A stretch of DNA of 64,000 nt from Lingula anatina (lineage: Eukaryota; Animalia; Brachiopoda): contig CM120646.1 in the NCBI GenBank assembly GCA_051362555.1, positions 20,646,001-20,710,000 on the forward strand, read 5' to 3'. The position numbers and the translations under genes are program-made. Below the pieces are notes generated by a model. It had not been told where the DNA came from. It ran no database searches and was given only the letters and a program-made list of their open reading frames with translations. Of the stretch, positions 1-12,706 are shown piece by piece; the stretch's first letter is position 1; each line of letters opens with the position of its first letter.

Positions 1-5
1 ACTTA

Positions 6-220
6 GAGGGCATTCCCAGAGATTTAGATCGATCTTACTAGATCGACCTAACTCCCTGGGGGTTCACGCTAAATTGCAGTCAGCCGACCGCGCACGGAAG
101 TTAATTACCCCCTTACAGCCTGTAGTAGGCGGGACGGACATTTAAGCCGGATTATCTGACAGTAATCTAGTGAGACTCCCAGCGGGGATAGATCTATCTA
201 AAATCTATGGGAATGCGCCC
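6..220 (+). mobile_element. MITE, PIF/Harbinger (Tourist-like), copy 1 of 4
   Basis: Imperfect terminal inverted repeats (gagggcattcccagagatttagatcgatct ... agatctatctaaaatctatgggaatgcgccc) flanked by TTA at 3-5 and 221-223. The same ~215-bp body recurs at ~2997-3212 (reverse), ~12109-12330 and 38639-38851. Confidence 0.85.
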
Positions 221-687
221 TTAGACTTAATTACTTCCAAGCAGCACTTGTGAGAAGGAATTTGGGAGTGCAACCTGATTGGACAGTGCCACTTGGCCTC
301 TGTAAGACCAGCCAATCAGAGGCATATCAGTTCAGTTACTCAGGGGAAAGTGACTTTGAGTTTGATACTCACGAAAGTACTAGTAAATATATATAGATAC
401 TAATCCCTGTCGAAAGTATGGTGTACTGGCGCTTGTCTCAGTTTTTCTTGGTTTTGAATAACTTTTCTAAAATTCACCATAAAATTTCTTTCCTGAACAA
501 TGAACTACTGAACCTTGTGAATTTTTTTAGAGATTTGAGGGAGAGCCCTCACTTTCTCCTGTGGTAGCTCCCTACAGAGCGGGTACAATGCCATTTGCGC
601 GAGTGCAGATATAATTGCTCCCATCTGGCCAAAAGGTATAGAGGATGGAAACGTGGAAAAATGTGCCTATAATATCTGTCATCCTGG

Positions 688-876
688 TAGAGGGTAGTCA
701 ATGGCTGTCACGAAGAGATATGGTGCAAGTTTGTCTTCCTGCAAGACTCCACCAGTAATGTCGAACACGTTAGTTTCCCCGTGTGGTGAGAGAACCTTTG
801 CTCTTGTGCCTGTGTAGGTGTCTCCCATTTCCTCAACGATCTTGTCTGGAATTCTCTAGGCGCTGAAGAACCTCAT
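688..876 (-). pseudogene. Degenerate non-LTR retrotransposon (RTE-like LINE) reverse-transcriptase fragment
   Basis: Minus strand reads MRFFSA*RIPDKIVEEMGDTYTGTRAKVLSPHGETNVFDITGGVLQEDKLAPYLFVTAIDYPL. This matches the LINE RT segment GIPxKIV...TxAKVLxPDGETxxFDIxxGVLQGDTLAPYLF. It has an in-frame stop and QG is changed to QE. Confidence 0.8.
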
Positions 877-1130
877 TGTCACACAAGGCGAGGTATATTT
901 CCAGAATGTGCTTTGAATAAACAGTTCAAAACGAATGTTCTTCTTTCAATTCTACCCCATGTTGAATTCACATGCGATGAAAAAAGAAACATAGCATAAT
1001 TCATATAACAATTTTATACCCCACACGCATTCACTTTACCAATTAATTAGCTCACACCTTGATGACTTTATGTGTAGAAGAAACATATTTTAAGCTCGTT
1101 TTTTTTTTAAAGAATAAAGTGTAGCTGGAT

Positions 1131-1241
1131 TACCATCTACCATGGCCACGTGGTTTTTCTCTAGATTTTTATAGATATGTCCATGGCAAATGTCTCTACT
1201 ATGAGAGGGGAAAAGTGGAAAAGTGGGCCTGGTAGAGGGTA
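1131..1241. mobile_element. Short TIR element; end motif taccctctaccagggccac dispersed in the window
   Basis: taccatctaccatggccac at the left end and gggcctggtagagggta at the right end are inverted. The same terminus occurs at ~682-697, ~23222-23258, ~34638-34672 and ~56364-56399. Confidence 0.45.
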
Positions 1242-2502
1242 TTCCTGTAGACGGTGTTTATTTAAGATACAAAAATGATACTTCAAATGAAAAATGGGAA
1301 TATAACTTTTAATAGGCATGGTAAATTTCGGTATTTTAAGCACAATATTGAGGGAGATAAATAAGCCCAAATAAATGTATTTCAATACAGCAAACCTGAC
1401 GCAGTAGTAAAGCAAATTTGACCATGCGTCGTGCACTTATCATTATGATACGATCGCTTGTTCCGTGATCTTCAAAATGTTCTTATTCCAAGTGCATATA
1501 ATATTGTAAGTTGTTTCAAAGACCGCCTGTGGATCTGCGTATACCAATTACTGTTGTTGGTCTTTGAGCGATCATATTTCTCTATATGTTGCCTTGAGAA
1601 TAAATACAATTTAACCTGTCTATAAAAAGGTATATTTCTCATATGCAGTCAAACGTTCATGCCTAAGAATTGAATCAGAGGAAACCCCATTTACATACAA
1701 AAAACAGCATAACCTCACCAAGTATGAACTGATCAAACTAATTTTCGAACTTGACCACTGTTTTATGAATATTCGTAAGTTCAGTAAGTTTGAAGACAAA
1801 AGGTAAAACGGTTTTCATTTTATTTGTATAATGGTGGATAAAATAAGTTTTTGTATTTTTTAAATATTCTGTATTTTTTAAATATCTATTAGTGGTGTAT
1901 ATTTGACGACAAAAGGTGAAACGGTTTTCATTTATTTGTATAACACTGAAAGTGCACGGCGACGGTCACGATGACGACGACAGACAGACAAAAGCGACGG
2001 CTGTATGTATATATCTCCTATACCGGGGTACATACAGTGTTAGTGGGCGACAAGACAATGCATTAAAACATGGCACTCCTGGTTGGTGACTGCACTGATG
2101 AAAAAATTCAGTTTGTCCAGTAAAAAAAGAAAAGCCTTTTTCATTTGATTTCCCATTAAAATTTGGTTCGCCATGGCCTCTTGCGCGCATGAAAAATGGC
2201 TTACCGCTCTATTGCACGGAGCCCGTGACAAAAGCCACCTAGGCCTCAATTGAGAATAAGTGATGATGTAGAAGGTAGGCGACAAGACTGACTAGAGCAT
2301 GCATGTCACACTTATTAACATGGCATGTTCTGATATCGCTCTATATTTCCATATAAGTAAGGACTTGGATCAAGCTCATTGTGAGAACGTACATACAGCG
2401 ATATTTATTTGCCAATTAATCAGAAAATGTAGTTAATTTTTGTTGCATTAACATGAAATAGTATCGACAGTAACATAGGCAACGATGTTATGATATAAAG
2501 GT

Positions 2503-2529
2503 TAATAATAATAATAATAATAATAATAA

Positions 2530-2563
<34 letters not shown>
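2503..2563. repeat. (TAA)n microsatellite
   Basis: Direct reading of the aat repeat. Confidence 0.95.
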
Positions 2564-2818
2564 GGGGCAGATTCAAGATTATTTGGAGGGGGGGGGGTCC
2601 AGAATGCCAAGCCTCGGATGCGAAGCCACCATCCCCCCCCCCTCCCTTGGCGTGGGTTCGGGGCCTGCTCTAGGGCCCCGAAAATTTTTTGGTGTTTTGG
2701 AGGGCAAACGGTGATCTTTAGTACGGTTTAGAACTATGACTCAACTAATCAAAATTCTAATTTCTACAGGGGAATATTGGTATGATATATTTTCAGGAAT
2801 TCAGGAAATCCGCCACTG
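2563..2818 (+). mobile_element. Non-autonomous element with aggggcgga...atccgcc(a/c)ctg type ends
   Basis: Ends aggggcagattc / aaatccgccactg. The internal segment (gggccccgaaaa...gagggc...cggtttagaactat...caaaattctaatttc) is shared with 17098-17331. Similar ends occur at 44590-44757. Confidence 0.6.
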
Positions 2819-2996
2819 AATTATAATAATAATTTAAATCAACATCTTGAATATTATGTCATAGTCTCAAAAAATATTTAAAACTATCAAATTTTCATAC
2901 AATTCAGGATGTGATTTGGTCCATAATTTTTAACGAGATAAATAGTTATTTTCAATTTCGCTATTATACATTATAGTTTTTTCAATATCCAAAATA

Positions 2997-3212
2997 GGCT
3001 CTGTTCTCACAACTTTTAGATCGATCTATCACCGCGGGGAGTCTCACTAGATTACTGTCAGATAATCCCCCTTAAGTGTCCGTCCCCGCCTACTACAAGC
3101 TTTAAGGGGTAATTAACTTTCGTGTCCGCCCGGCTGACAGCTATTTAGCGTGAACCCCCAAGGAGTTAGTTCGATCCAATGTAGGTCGATCTAATCTATG
3201 AGAATGGGGTGT
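2997..3212 (-). mobile_element. Harbinger/Tourist-like MITE, copy 2
   Basis: Reverse complement of the 6-220 element (gggagtctcactagattactgtcagataatcc...aggggtaattaactt...atttagcgtgaacccc). Confidence 0.85.
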
Positions 3213-3850
3213 ATCCTACATGTATTTCATTTGCCCGTCAACTCTTTCATTGCAATAAAATAGAAACTGTTATTAAATAATTTGCTACCCTCCATTGCAT
3301 GTTGTTCCTCTGATATGACAGATTTAAAGCGTAGTTCCACTGAGATCGTGGTAATTTGAAATCTTCGTGAAAAATATTTTTAAAGCTCAAGAAATTCAAT
3401 ATGTCTTAAAACTGAGTACTTTATCTCAAAGTATTACAACAGAAACGCAGTGTGACTTGTACAGTTGTCGTGCTCACCACACATACACGCGCTCACACGC
3501 GCGCGCGCGCTTCACTGCGTGTATTCATAATAGGTGAGGCAGCAAACCAAAACAACAGAATCGTGATAACAATTAGGATGTGTTCCATCTTGTGTCTCTC
3601 ACTTTTGTCAATTGAGTCATGCAAAAAAAAAAAAAAATAAAAATAAAATAAGAAAAAAATAAGAAAAAAAAAAAACATACAAGATTTAACAAAACATGAA
3701 AATTGAAATTTAGACACTATCGTTATTGAGTTGATTTCAATTCAAGGCAAAACGCTGACAGAAAAAGATAGAAAGAGACAAAAATGTTGCTTACCTGTAA
3801 AAATATCCATGACAACCAGATTGACAAAAATGGAGTCTTCATGACTCTAT

Positions 3851-3854
<4 letters not shown>

Positions 3855-3912
<58 letters not shown>
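3855..3912. repeat. (TA)n microsatellite
   Basis: Uninterrupted TA run. It explains the IYIYIY ORFs at 3723-4013. Confidence 0.97.
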
Positions 3913-3913
<1 letters not shown>

Positions 3914-6544
3914 GCAGTGATTCAGGTGTATTGGTGGTGGTTTTCACAGTTTCACGTGTAGTTCTTAGTGGCTGATCACAATTGTGCCGACGATTAGTGC
4001 TGAACCTCTGCATTTACGTTATCTGTGAAGAATGACTCTGTCTGCTTTCATTGCAGCTCGAGGTGTGAGGAGACAATTCTCTGTCTTTACTGAACTACAA
4101 AGTAGAGTTGAAGTCCATCGAAGAAAAAAAAACAAATAAAGATGTACATAAACCGTGGAGCGTGTCACACGCGAATCTACGCGATCGAAGTGTGTTAACC
4201 AAAACTAATTAAAACTGCAGGATTTCGGATGTTGTTTCATCTATTAAATTCGTTTGCATGACGGCGTGCAGCCTGAAACCGTAGGATTGTATTCTCCACG
4301 CAGTTATTTGTCGACTTAAGCATGTGGCTGGCTGTCTATGTATCTACTTCTCGCTACGAAGCAGTCGATTACAAAATATTTCTATGCACATGTATCTTGG
4401 ACAAAGTGAGGCTGTTTTGTGTTACTCAACACCAGAGGCCAGTTGATCGCTGACGTCAATAATTCGCAAATAATAGCCCTGGGTTGCTTTAATGAAATGT
4501 GCAGAGATCTTTTTTTTTTTACAAGCAGAATACAATCGCCAGGCGAAGGTACATGTGAGCAGGCGCAAACATCCCTGTGTGCGTCTTTGCTCATTAAATG
4601 TTCAAGTTTTAGAGGTTTCAGGATGCTTGATCCGCCCCTGCACTTGGATTCGATGTCTTATTTCATTTTTAATTAAATACTTTGGTTCAGGCAAATAGAA
4701 CAACCTTTGCCATGAATTGCCTTCACCGGCGTTTTATGACCTGGCACTGTGTTACGTATAATACAAACATTGCAAGCTACATGGACTTAGAGAAAACACC
4801 TGAGGAGACGCTGCATGTAGGTACATGTACATGTACACTGTACGCTTCAGGAAACTTCTTTTTAAAGGGTTTTATCGTCTTGAAGGTCTGACTTGGAAAT
4901 TGTGAAAATCTTTGCAGACTATAATTATGACTGAACCATAATAGCAAATATTTTATTATTTTCGAAAACAGCAATTTTATGTACATGTTTCTCGAAGAAG
5001 CGTAAAAAAAAAACTCGAAGAGTAGAAAGCACCTGATTTCGCCATCATGTTGTACCTGTAACCTATTCCAGCGCCTATAGAATGACGCTACGCAAATGAC
5101 AAGTAGGACACTAGAAAAAGTAATTCAACGAATATTTAAACCCACTCAGAAATACCTGTTCTCATGTATTTATATTTACCCCTTAGAAAAATAAACGAAC
5201 ATATATAAAAAAGTCTCAAAACAATCCAAACTAACATATAAGTTTTTTTTCTACTATCTATCCGCGTATTAATAATACGGCAGCAATGCATTCTCCACAA
5301 CCTTCGACTCATACGGAATATACCGAACGGGAAGATAAGCGGATGAATGTTAGTGCTAGGAATCGATATGGTGGCGGTAAATAATTTCACGGTCTGTTGG
5401 TTAATTTTTGGTTATGTGGTTAATATGGGCATTAGTGCTAAAAGATCTGCGGGTAGTGTTAGTAAACGCCTGGTCCGTTTATAAGGGCTTAAATTGTCAG
5501 AAAGTTTCATCTTGCCCAAGTACTTGGTGCAATAGGAAACAGGGTTTTCTGTTGGTGACTGAAAACTATATTGTGTTTCCATGGTAGTTTGACATTTCTA
5601 TAAAGTATTTGGACCACGAAAAGTAGTTTATTTAATATTTATTTTACTGTCAGTAGGGTGTATTTTACCCCCTTTTATAATATTCAGTGTCAAGCAAACT
5701 AAAGTCGCTCGCAAAAATTAACTGCTCTATACAGAAGATTATTATATTATCATAAATATTTATAACGGTATAGCTGTAAGAGATTAATTTAAGAACAAAA
5801 CCAGTGATGATTGAATTTTCAAAGTGAGTTAAATGTTTCCACAGCTGGCCCTTTTGCATTTATGAAAGTAACGTATGCTCCTTTATAGCGTTAGACGATA
5901 AATTATTATTTATTATTCATGGTTCGAGGAGAGAGAAACTTTGATGCAAACGTCCTTAAGTAGGACCCTACAATAATCAAACGTAGTTTGTAATCTGTGC
6001 ACTAAATATTTTAGGAGCATGCATGTAACCTCATTTGAACCTCTATATTGGGTTTGGGTGGCAAATGGTTACGAAAATACGTTGTTGTGGCTATAAGAAG
6101 ATTGTCTTCAGATTTGATTCAAGACACAGGTGTATGAGCGTGTATAACATTTCAAGCAATTACTTGGTCCCTGGTATCAGAGAAAATGAGAAACGAAACA
6201 TGAGCGTACTTGTATATTACAGACATGGGATTTGTCTGACACTCCTTTTTTATAATCATCCAGACCAAGTAATTGTTGTGTCAAGACTTTACAACAATAC
6301 AGTCTCACTAAAATGAGTTTTACACCTGTTCTTCAACAGTTAAGATATCCATAATTCACTATAAATACATTGCAAACAACTCATAGAAATATGATACATT
6401 CTATTTTACCCCCAAAACGGCGGTTAACGCATTTGTTCTGGAGTTTGTGCTTGTCATGACCTCCATAGATGGTTACACTCTGTAATAATCTCTTAAGAGA
6501 ATATTACAAAAATCCAAATTTTTTATTAACAAAAAAAAAACAAA

Positions 6545-6586
<42 letters not shown>

Positions 6587-7702
6587 AGAGACTTACTTTG
6601 AATGTGGGATTGGATTCATTTACCTATGAGAAATATGTGAAACATTATCGTTCTTGAATTACCGGAACAACAGTTATTTATGAAAATACTAATCAATAGT
6701 GTCTTTTTAATGTTATGAAATATATGTATTTATGTTATACAGAAGAATTCTGAATTACTTTTCTTCTGTGGAATGTGAGTCTCGATCTGTCCATTGAAAA
6801 AAGAGCATGCATTTTTATAGTCGTGTACGATCTTATAGGATTAAGAGGACAACAACACCCATTCTGAGTACTGTGTATAATACATGGATACATTAATTGA
6901 CAAAATTTACAGGTATACAGAATAACGTTAGCCTTCAGCGTAAGGGTACCTGTGGCAGTTTTGTTTATTATCAGTATTTATTTCCCGTGCTACAGGACAC
7001 AATTAAACCGGTTAACATTTTGTGATCCTGGCTTATGAATAATCGCCAACGAATATTTTGTTACGTACCGTAGCGGTGTGGACTACCCCTCGTTCCCTTT
7101 ATCAAACTATTGCAAACATTTTATTTAGTCAACTTGACACTGTAGAATCTTATTTTTGACTGATTGATCTAGAGATTCATTATCAGTTCAGAGATGAATA
7201 AATTTAGGATTTTTTTAAATCATTGAAAAATGTAAAATTCATGCCTTGCTAGTACAGTATGGGGGCGAAGTAAGGAAGGTTTAGTCTATTTTAGTTTTAA
7301 AAATAACAGCCCTTTTGGATAATACTTACACTTTACTACTAACAAAAATTAGACCGCGCTAAAAGGGTTAACGAAATGCACATTTATTTTAGTGACGCAT
7401 TTTGTTCTCCACCTCAACTACATGTATATTTTTCATAATGCCTGGTAACGAAGGTTGTGCAAATTTCTTTTCTTATTGACTCTGTCCTGCCTCTTGGTGG
7501 ATAACACTAAAGTAAAGATTTTGTTAATGGTTAAAATATTACAAAAATACCAAGCAACCAAAACTAACGATTTGCGCCAAAATAGGTAACGAAGGTTTAT
7601 AACTAAAAAAAAAATCCGGCGGCATTATGAAAGCAGCCCCAATCCATTTATTGAGTTATTTGGAATAAATTAAAATTTTCGGAAACGTGAGACACCATAT
7701 TG

Positions 7703-7950
7703 GCTTCTTGACAAGTTGCAGATTTTCTGCTTAATAACAATTAATTTGATTGATTGGAGAATGTGAGATGGTTCTGCGCGACAGTCACGAAGGCTTTTAG
7801 TTAAGTCTGTTTATGCTATTTTTGTGAGAACAGATAAAGCTAGTAAATATCATTTTATTTTGTAAGTTGCTAGATTCATGTTTGTTTAGTTCCACTTCGA
7901 TAAACAATTCTTCCGCTCACTTACTTATAATAAAATAAAAATATGTTTAA
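7703..7950 (+). repeat. Dispersed repeat, also at ~58105-58360
   Basis: Colinear shared blocks gcttc(t/c)tgacaagttgcagattttct ... ttggagaat(g/a)tgagatgg ... gtgagaacagataaa ... agttgctaga ... ttacttataataaaa. Confidence 0.75.
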
Positions 7951-8147
7951 TAGGCCTATATACTGAGAATGAGTGTAAGTCACACACTACTGTTCACGGT
8001 GAACAGAAACAAACAATCATCAATATGCGATTCCATTGTCATACAAGGTACAGAGCTGTTCTATAGTTTTTGTCTTAAAAAAGCTACCAACAAGGCTTGT
8101 CAGAGTGATCACCAGTTTTCATGCTTTGACATATCGTCCATTATAAC

Positions 8148-9503
8148 TTATCGTCGTTCCGTTCCGTAGGGGTTACAGCTCAACAAGTACCTCCTAGCAG
8201 CGCGAGGGGCTGGGTGACTGTGTTTGTTCCCTGAAGCCATCACCGCCTGAATGATTTTCTCAACACCTTTAATCTCAACTATTACACTGTCTCTGTCATT
8301 GTGATGTAGACCCACGTGCATCGTGTCCGGGTCCGACACAATCAAAGACACGGGGTAAATGAAGGGGTCGACAATGCTCCGCAGCACGGGCTGCGATCTA
8401 TAGAGGAAGGAATCATGAAGTTTGATATCTTGACTGAGATACGATATCTCAAATGTGTTGACGTTAAAGACCATGATATGGTTGGTGTATCGGACAGCGC
8501 CAATCTTTTCAGACTTTCCTTTCCATTGTTCATGAACAAGGCTGACATAATACGGCCAGTGGTAGGGAACAAACTGCGTTGAGCCGCGAATCCATGGCAG
8601 GGGTTCATTGCCTGAATGCTGCACCGTATTTCGGGAATTTTTTGTTTCGACAAATTTGCAATTGCCAGATGGTTCACATTCTACGAGAACAGTTGGATCA
8701 ATAGAATATAAAAACATAATTTTTTCTTTAATAACGATCGGCGACCAGTTTTTCTCCCTGCACTTCAGTCTTTGATTAGGTACTTTTAAACGGCTTATTT
8801 CAGCTGTGTGAAGATTAAACAAATACATTGAAACTTTGCTTATCTTACCGGAGCATGTAAAATTGTTCGGTAAAAATTTGTTAAAAATTGCGTACGGAGT
8901 ACCGCGGTAGCTGAACACCCTTGGATCCTGCGGCCCTCCAGTGTTCTTGATGACGGGTGCAGGAATCCCCAATATTTGTTTCCTGGATATCGGATTAAAG
9001 TTAGAGTCCAAACGCTGGTGAACTAAATAATTTGGCTGCTGCATGCTATTTGTGTTGGTAAGGTAATTCTTCTTAACTAGCAACCAAAGGCGGTAAACCA
9101 AATCAATGGTGCCGTCCCACCGGGGGGTCATGCCCGGAGAGAGAATGAAATGGTAGCGTACTAGCTCCATGTCCAAGTAGCGTTCAAATCCTTCCATCTT
9201 GAACTCGTGGACGACCGAAGTCGTGATGACATGCCTGACATCCTCTGTTTTGGTTCCATTCCCAAAAATCCTTCCACGGAGGGAATAGGTTAGCTCGTAG
9301 CTGCTGTTAGTGTTTCTTTTTACTCTGTGCAACAGAGGCAGAGTACTCCTCGCTTTGGATTTTTGCCTAACGCTGTGCAAATTTGCCACGTCACTCAGGT
9401 GGAGAAAGAAGAGAGACACTGACGTTAAGAGAAGAATTAAAAAAACATGGCGCGCGCGTAAGGGAAAAAATGAAGCCATGCGGGTCGGAATATGATACAT
9501 CAT
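8148..9503 (-). CDS. Type-II membrane five-bladed beta-propeller glycan enzyme, GT91 (BMT beta-mannosyltransferase)/GH130-like; paralog A
   Basis: 451-aa uninterrupted ORF with a short basic N-tail, a TM segment (VFLILLLTSVSLFFLHL) and RVKR. Motifs GGPQDPRVF, CREKNWSP, YSIDPTVLVEC, IRGSTQF and FIYPVSL follow the order of the GT91 motifs GPEDPR / EKNWxP / RGGT. A 5'-UTR acceptor (ttttcag) ends at 9667, with a candidate donor at 10251. Confidence 0.8.
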   Translation of the reverse strand: MMYHIPTRMASFFPLRARHVFLILLLTSVSLFFLHLSDVANLHSVRQKSKARSTLPLLHRVKRNTNSSYELTYSLRGRIFGNGTKTEDVRHVITTSVVHEFKMEGFERYLDMELVRYHFILSPGMTPRWDGTIDLVYRLWLLVKKNYLTNTNSMQQPNYLVHQRLDSNFNPISRKQILGIPAPVIKNTGGPQDPRVFSYRGTPYAIFNKFLPNNFTCSGKISKVSMYLFNLHTAEISRLKVPNQRLKCREKNWSPIVIKEKIMFLYSIDPTVLVECEPSGNCKFVETKNSRNTVQHSGNEPLPWIRGSTQFVPYHWPYYVSLVHEQWKGKSEKIGAVRYTNHIMVFNVNTFEISYLSQDIKLHDSFLYRSQPVLRSIVDPFIYPVSLIVSDPDTMHVGLHHNDRDSVIVEIKGVEKIIQAVMASGNKHSHPAPRAARRYLLSCNPYGTERR

Positions 9504-11184
9504 GTCGAGTAAGAGTCTTCACTATGATGTGAGTTTGGAAAGTTTGCTTTTAATTTAGGAATATTTTATAAAATAATCTTCCAAATCTTCAGTTCTATAC
9601 TGTTGGTAAGTGCTGCAAGACAGTGTTTTCAGAAGGCACTGTTTCGTAGTTCGGTTCGTCTTGTATCTGAAAATTTGAAACAAAACAGTTTAAGTATCTG
9701 TAACCTTATCAAAAACGATAATAAAGAGGCAACCCTTTAATTCTGAAGTAGCACATTATGTTAAACAAATAGTGCGTACACTTTCAGTACTGTGACTCCA
9801 TGATTATGATGTCTTATTGCTATTTTCGATAATAAATGGGACATGCTACTTTAGAGAAACGCCATAGAAAACGGAATTTGCCCTTTCAGATTGTATTCAA
9901 ACGCGTTCTTCAGATTAGTTTATTTTGGTAAATCCCTTGACACAATACCAGCAGTCACCTTATAATCCACCATTTGGAACATGTGGAATATCGATGCTGT
10001 AGACGTCCAGAAGTTACATTCGGACTTTTTTTCAAATAACGCGCACTATTATTACAATGGGTGGTATGAAATTTTTTCAAAAATTCGTGTTCATTACCAT
10101 TTTTTGTTAAATGATTAAGATCCACATATACAATATATATGTGGCCACAGGATTACGTGTAGGTCGCTTAGAAGATGATATTCTCATGTCTAACGTTTTT
10201 TCGATCTCTCATTAACAATGAATTTAATACAAAGGCTTCAGTAACACTCACCTATGAACTGGCACTATCACTGGTGACAGACAACACCCAGTTCTGGAAA
10301 AAAGTCGCGATCCACAAGGACGTCAAACTTGAAAGACGTTAGAGTTATCTGCAAAACGCTTTGGCACAAGTGAATTGTGTGTTTGTGGCAATAGTGTGTT
10401 AGTGAAATATTAGGAAAACCTATGGTGACAGAGAACGCCTACTTGTATGTTATTGTATACAGGTGGATGGGAATGGTGGATAAACACCAACATGGCCTAT
10501 GTAAAGTTTTAAGCGCTTAATAAAGCTGAGAAATCTACACGAATGTATACAGCTGCTCTATCTCATTAAACCAGCCTGTGTTTTGCTTTCCACGGTTTAA
10601 TCAGCCGAACATTATTGGTTCACTTACAGACATGCACGTGAACTATTATGGCTGTGCAAAGTCAGTCGAGTGCCACATAACGGTGCACAGGTGGGCAATT
10701 GTTAATGCTCTGACGTTTACCAAGCAAGGTCCTTTTAAAAAGTCCATATTACATTTTCATTGGATTCTAATTATGATAATTTCATAAATTTTATATTTAT
10801 TTTTTAAAAATCAGTATTCAGCTCTGGAGTCACAAAAAGTTATCATAAAAAGTACTATCATTGCCCAAGTTTAACGCCTTATAAACACATTTTGCACACA
10901 CACACACACACACACCATTTTGTTAATTATAAGACAGGTGTTGTAGCAGAGAGGCGGGGGAACCTGCTGATACAGCTGATGTTCCTTTTCGGCTGACATT
11001 GCCAATGGCGATGACACACCTGTCCGCTTGTTACAGCTGATCAAATGTTGTCCCACGCGGAGGAGGCAGCAGCAGGTTTAATAGAAATGACCACACTGCA
11101 GTGGAACTTGCATCTATTAGTCAATTTATCAATTAGTAAACCAATCAATCAACCAATCAATTATATCAACAGCAGTCATTATGC

Positions 11185-11210
11185 AGTAGCACTAGTAGTA
11201 GTAGTACAGT

Positions 11211-11244
<34 letters not shown>

Positions 11245-11332
11245 AAGTAAAGTGTAGTAGTAGTAGTAGCAATAGCAGTAGCAGTAGCAGTAGCAGTAGC
11301 AGTTGCACTAGCAGTAGTAGTTGCACTAGTAG
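11185..11332. repeat. (AGT)n / (AGCAGT)n microsatellite
   Basis: Direct reading. It explains the poly-S, poly-Y and ATAT ORFs. Confidence 0.95.
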
Positions 11333-12108
11333 AAAACATTACTCCTATCGAAAACACACACTGCTATCGAAAACATTACTCCACCATATTTCTATGAATT
11401 CTTTAAAAAACTGAATAACTTTTAGTGTTTTAAATAACTCTTAATGTAGTTTTAAATATCTTTGGTGTGCCAAATATTTTATTTAATCTTAACGATTGTT
11501 ATTTATGATTTCATCTTGTTTTATTTGTTTTATTTCACAATTAAAACATTTTTCGTTGTATACAATCCAACAATTTTAGTTGCAAACAGTCATTATTATT
11601 ATTATTAAAATGCACCCAGTGAAGTTCCTGTCGTACAGATAATGATGTTCGTCGGTGTGTATAAGCTTTTCCTATAAACGAATACCATACTAGCCTCTAG
11701 CTCTCCGAAACATAAAACCTTTTTCTTGTTCTACTAATCTTTTACAGGTTTATTTAGTTCATCTGTGCGATTTCTGTATTTTGTACTCAAGACCCAATCC
11801 ACGTCAAATGTACAATTTATTTCAATGCATATCCCACAGCCTGCAAAGAATAGTTCACTAAGTTGTTCTGTTTGTTATATCAACATATTCATAAATGAAT
11901 AACAATACATCAGTTTTTTCAAGTCTTTTTAATGACAGTTGATACCAGAAAAAAACTCTCCGCTGAAGAAAACGACAATTACTTGTCTCGAGTTCTCCAT
12001 TAGATTTATATTTTAAAAAACAAAACAATGAGACCTTTATGTATCAAAGACGTTATTTGCCTACAAATTTCATCACTTTTCTTCGAATCTCACTGTGAAC
12101 AAATTTAT

Positions 12109-12330
12109 GGGTGCTTTCCCAGAGATTTAGATCGATCTAAAGATTAAGATTTAGATCACCCTAACTCCCTGGGGGTTCACGCTAAATTGCAGTCAGCCGA
12201 GCGGGCACCATAGTTAATTACCCCCTTACAGCTTTTAGTAGGCGGGACAGTAAGCCGGCCAAGCTGACAGTAATCTAGTGAGACTCCCCACAGGGATAGA
12301 TCGATCTAAAAATCTATGGAAATGGGGTGT
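12109..12330 (+). mobile_element. Harbinger/Tourist-like MITE, copy 3
   Basis: Same body as 6-220 (ctaactccctgggggttcacgctaaattgcagtcagccga...agtaatctagtgagactcccc...gatagatcgatctaaaaatctatgg). Confidence 0.85.
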
Positions 12331-12706
12331 AAGACTCAACAACCCGTTTTAGAGTTCTAAGTTTCTAGTTTTTAGACATTTTCGTAATGTCATAGAGACT
12401 GACGCTTTTGCCATAATGAGAAATTTGGGGACGTTTCTTTTTCTGCAACAAAAAAATGTAATATATAGTACATGCCTTCAAACACCTAAATCAGTTAGCA
12501 ACGTAAAATATGTGAGATTAACTGAGGGTTCATTTAACATGATTGTCACTAGTTTATGCATAAACAGAGCAACTATCCTGGGAAAATGAACTTTAAATTT
12601 TAAACCCAAGCACAAGGGATCAAGTAACTACAATCAAACATAAAAAAACTGACAGAAACTACAGGCATATAACATTTGCTACCAGATATACCGGTACATA
12701 TATAGT

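Noticed and set aside
3452-4013. ORFs with poly-K/F and IYIYIY runs
   Set aside because: Translations of poly-A and (TA)n tracts, with no domain signal.
5136-5390. ORF segment IHPLIFPFGIF faintly like the PFIYPVSL motif of the GT-like paralogs
   Set aside because: None of the stronger motifs (DPR, EKNW, RGST, HHND) is found nearby in the frames read, so this is likely chance.
8316-9495. Alternative-frame and antisense ORFs over GT-like gene A (likewise over the other three cluster genes)
   Set aside because: Shadow ORFs of real coding sequence with no independent motifs.
11045-11357. Poly-S / poly-Y / AT-repeat ORFs
   Set aside because: Microsatellite translations.
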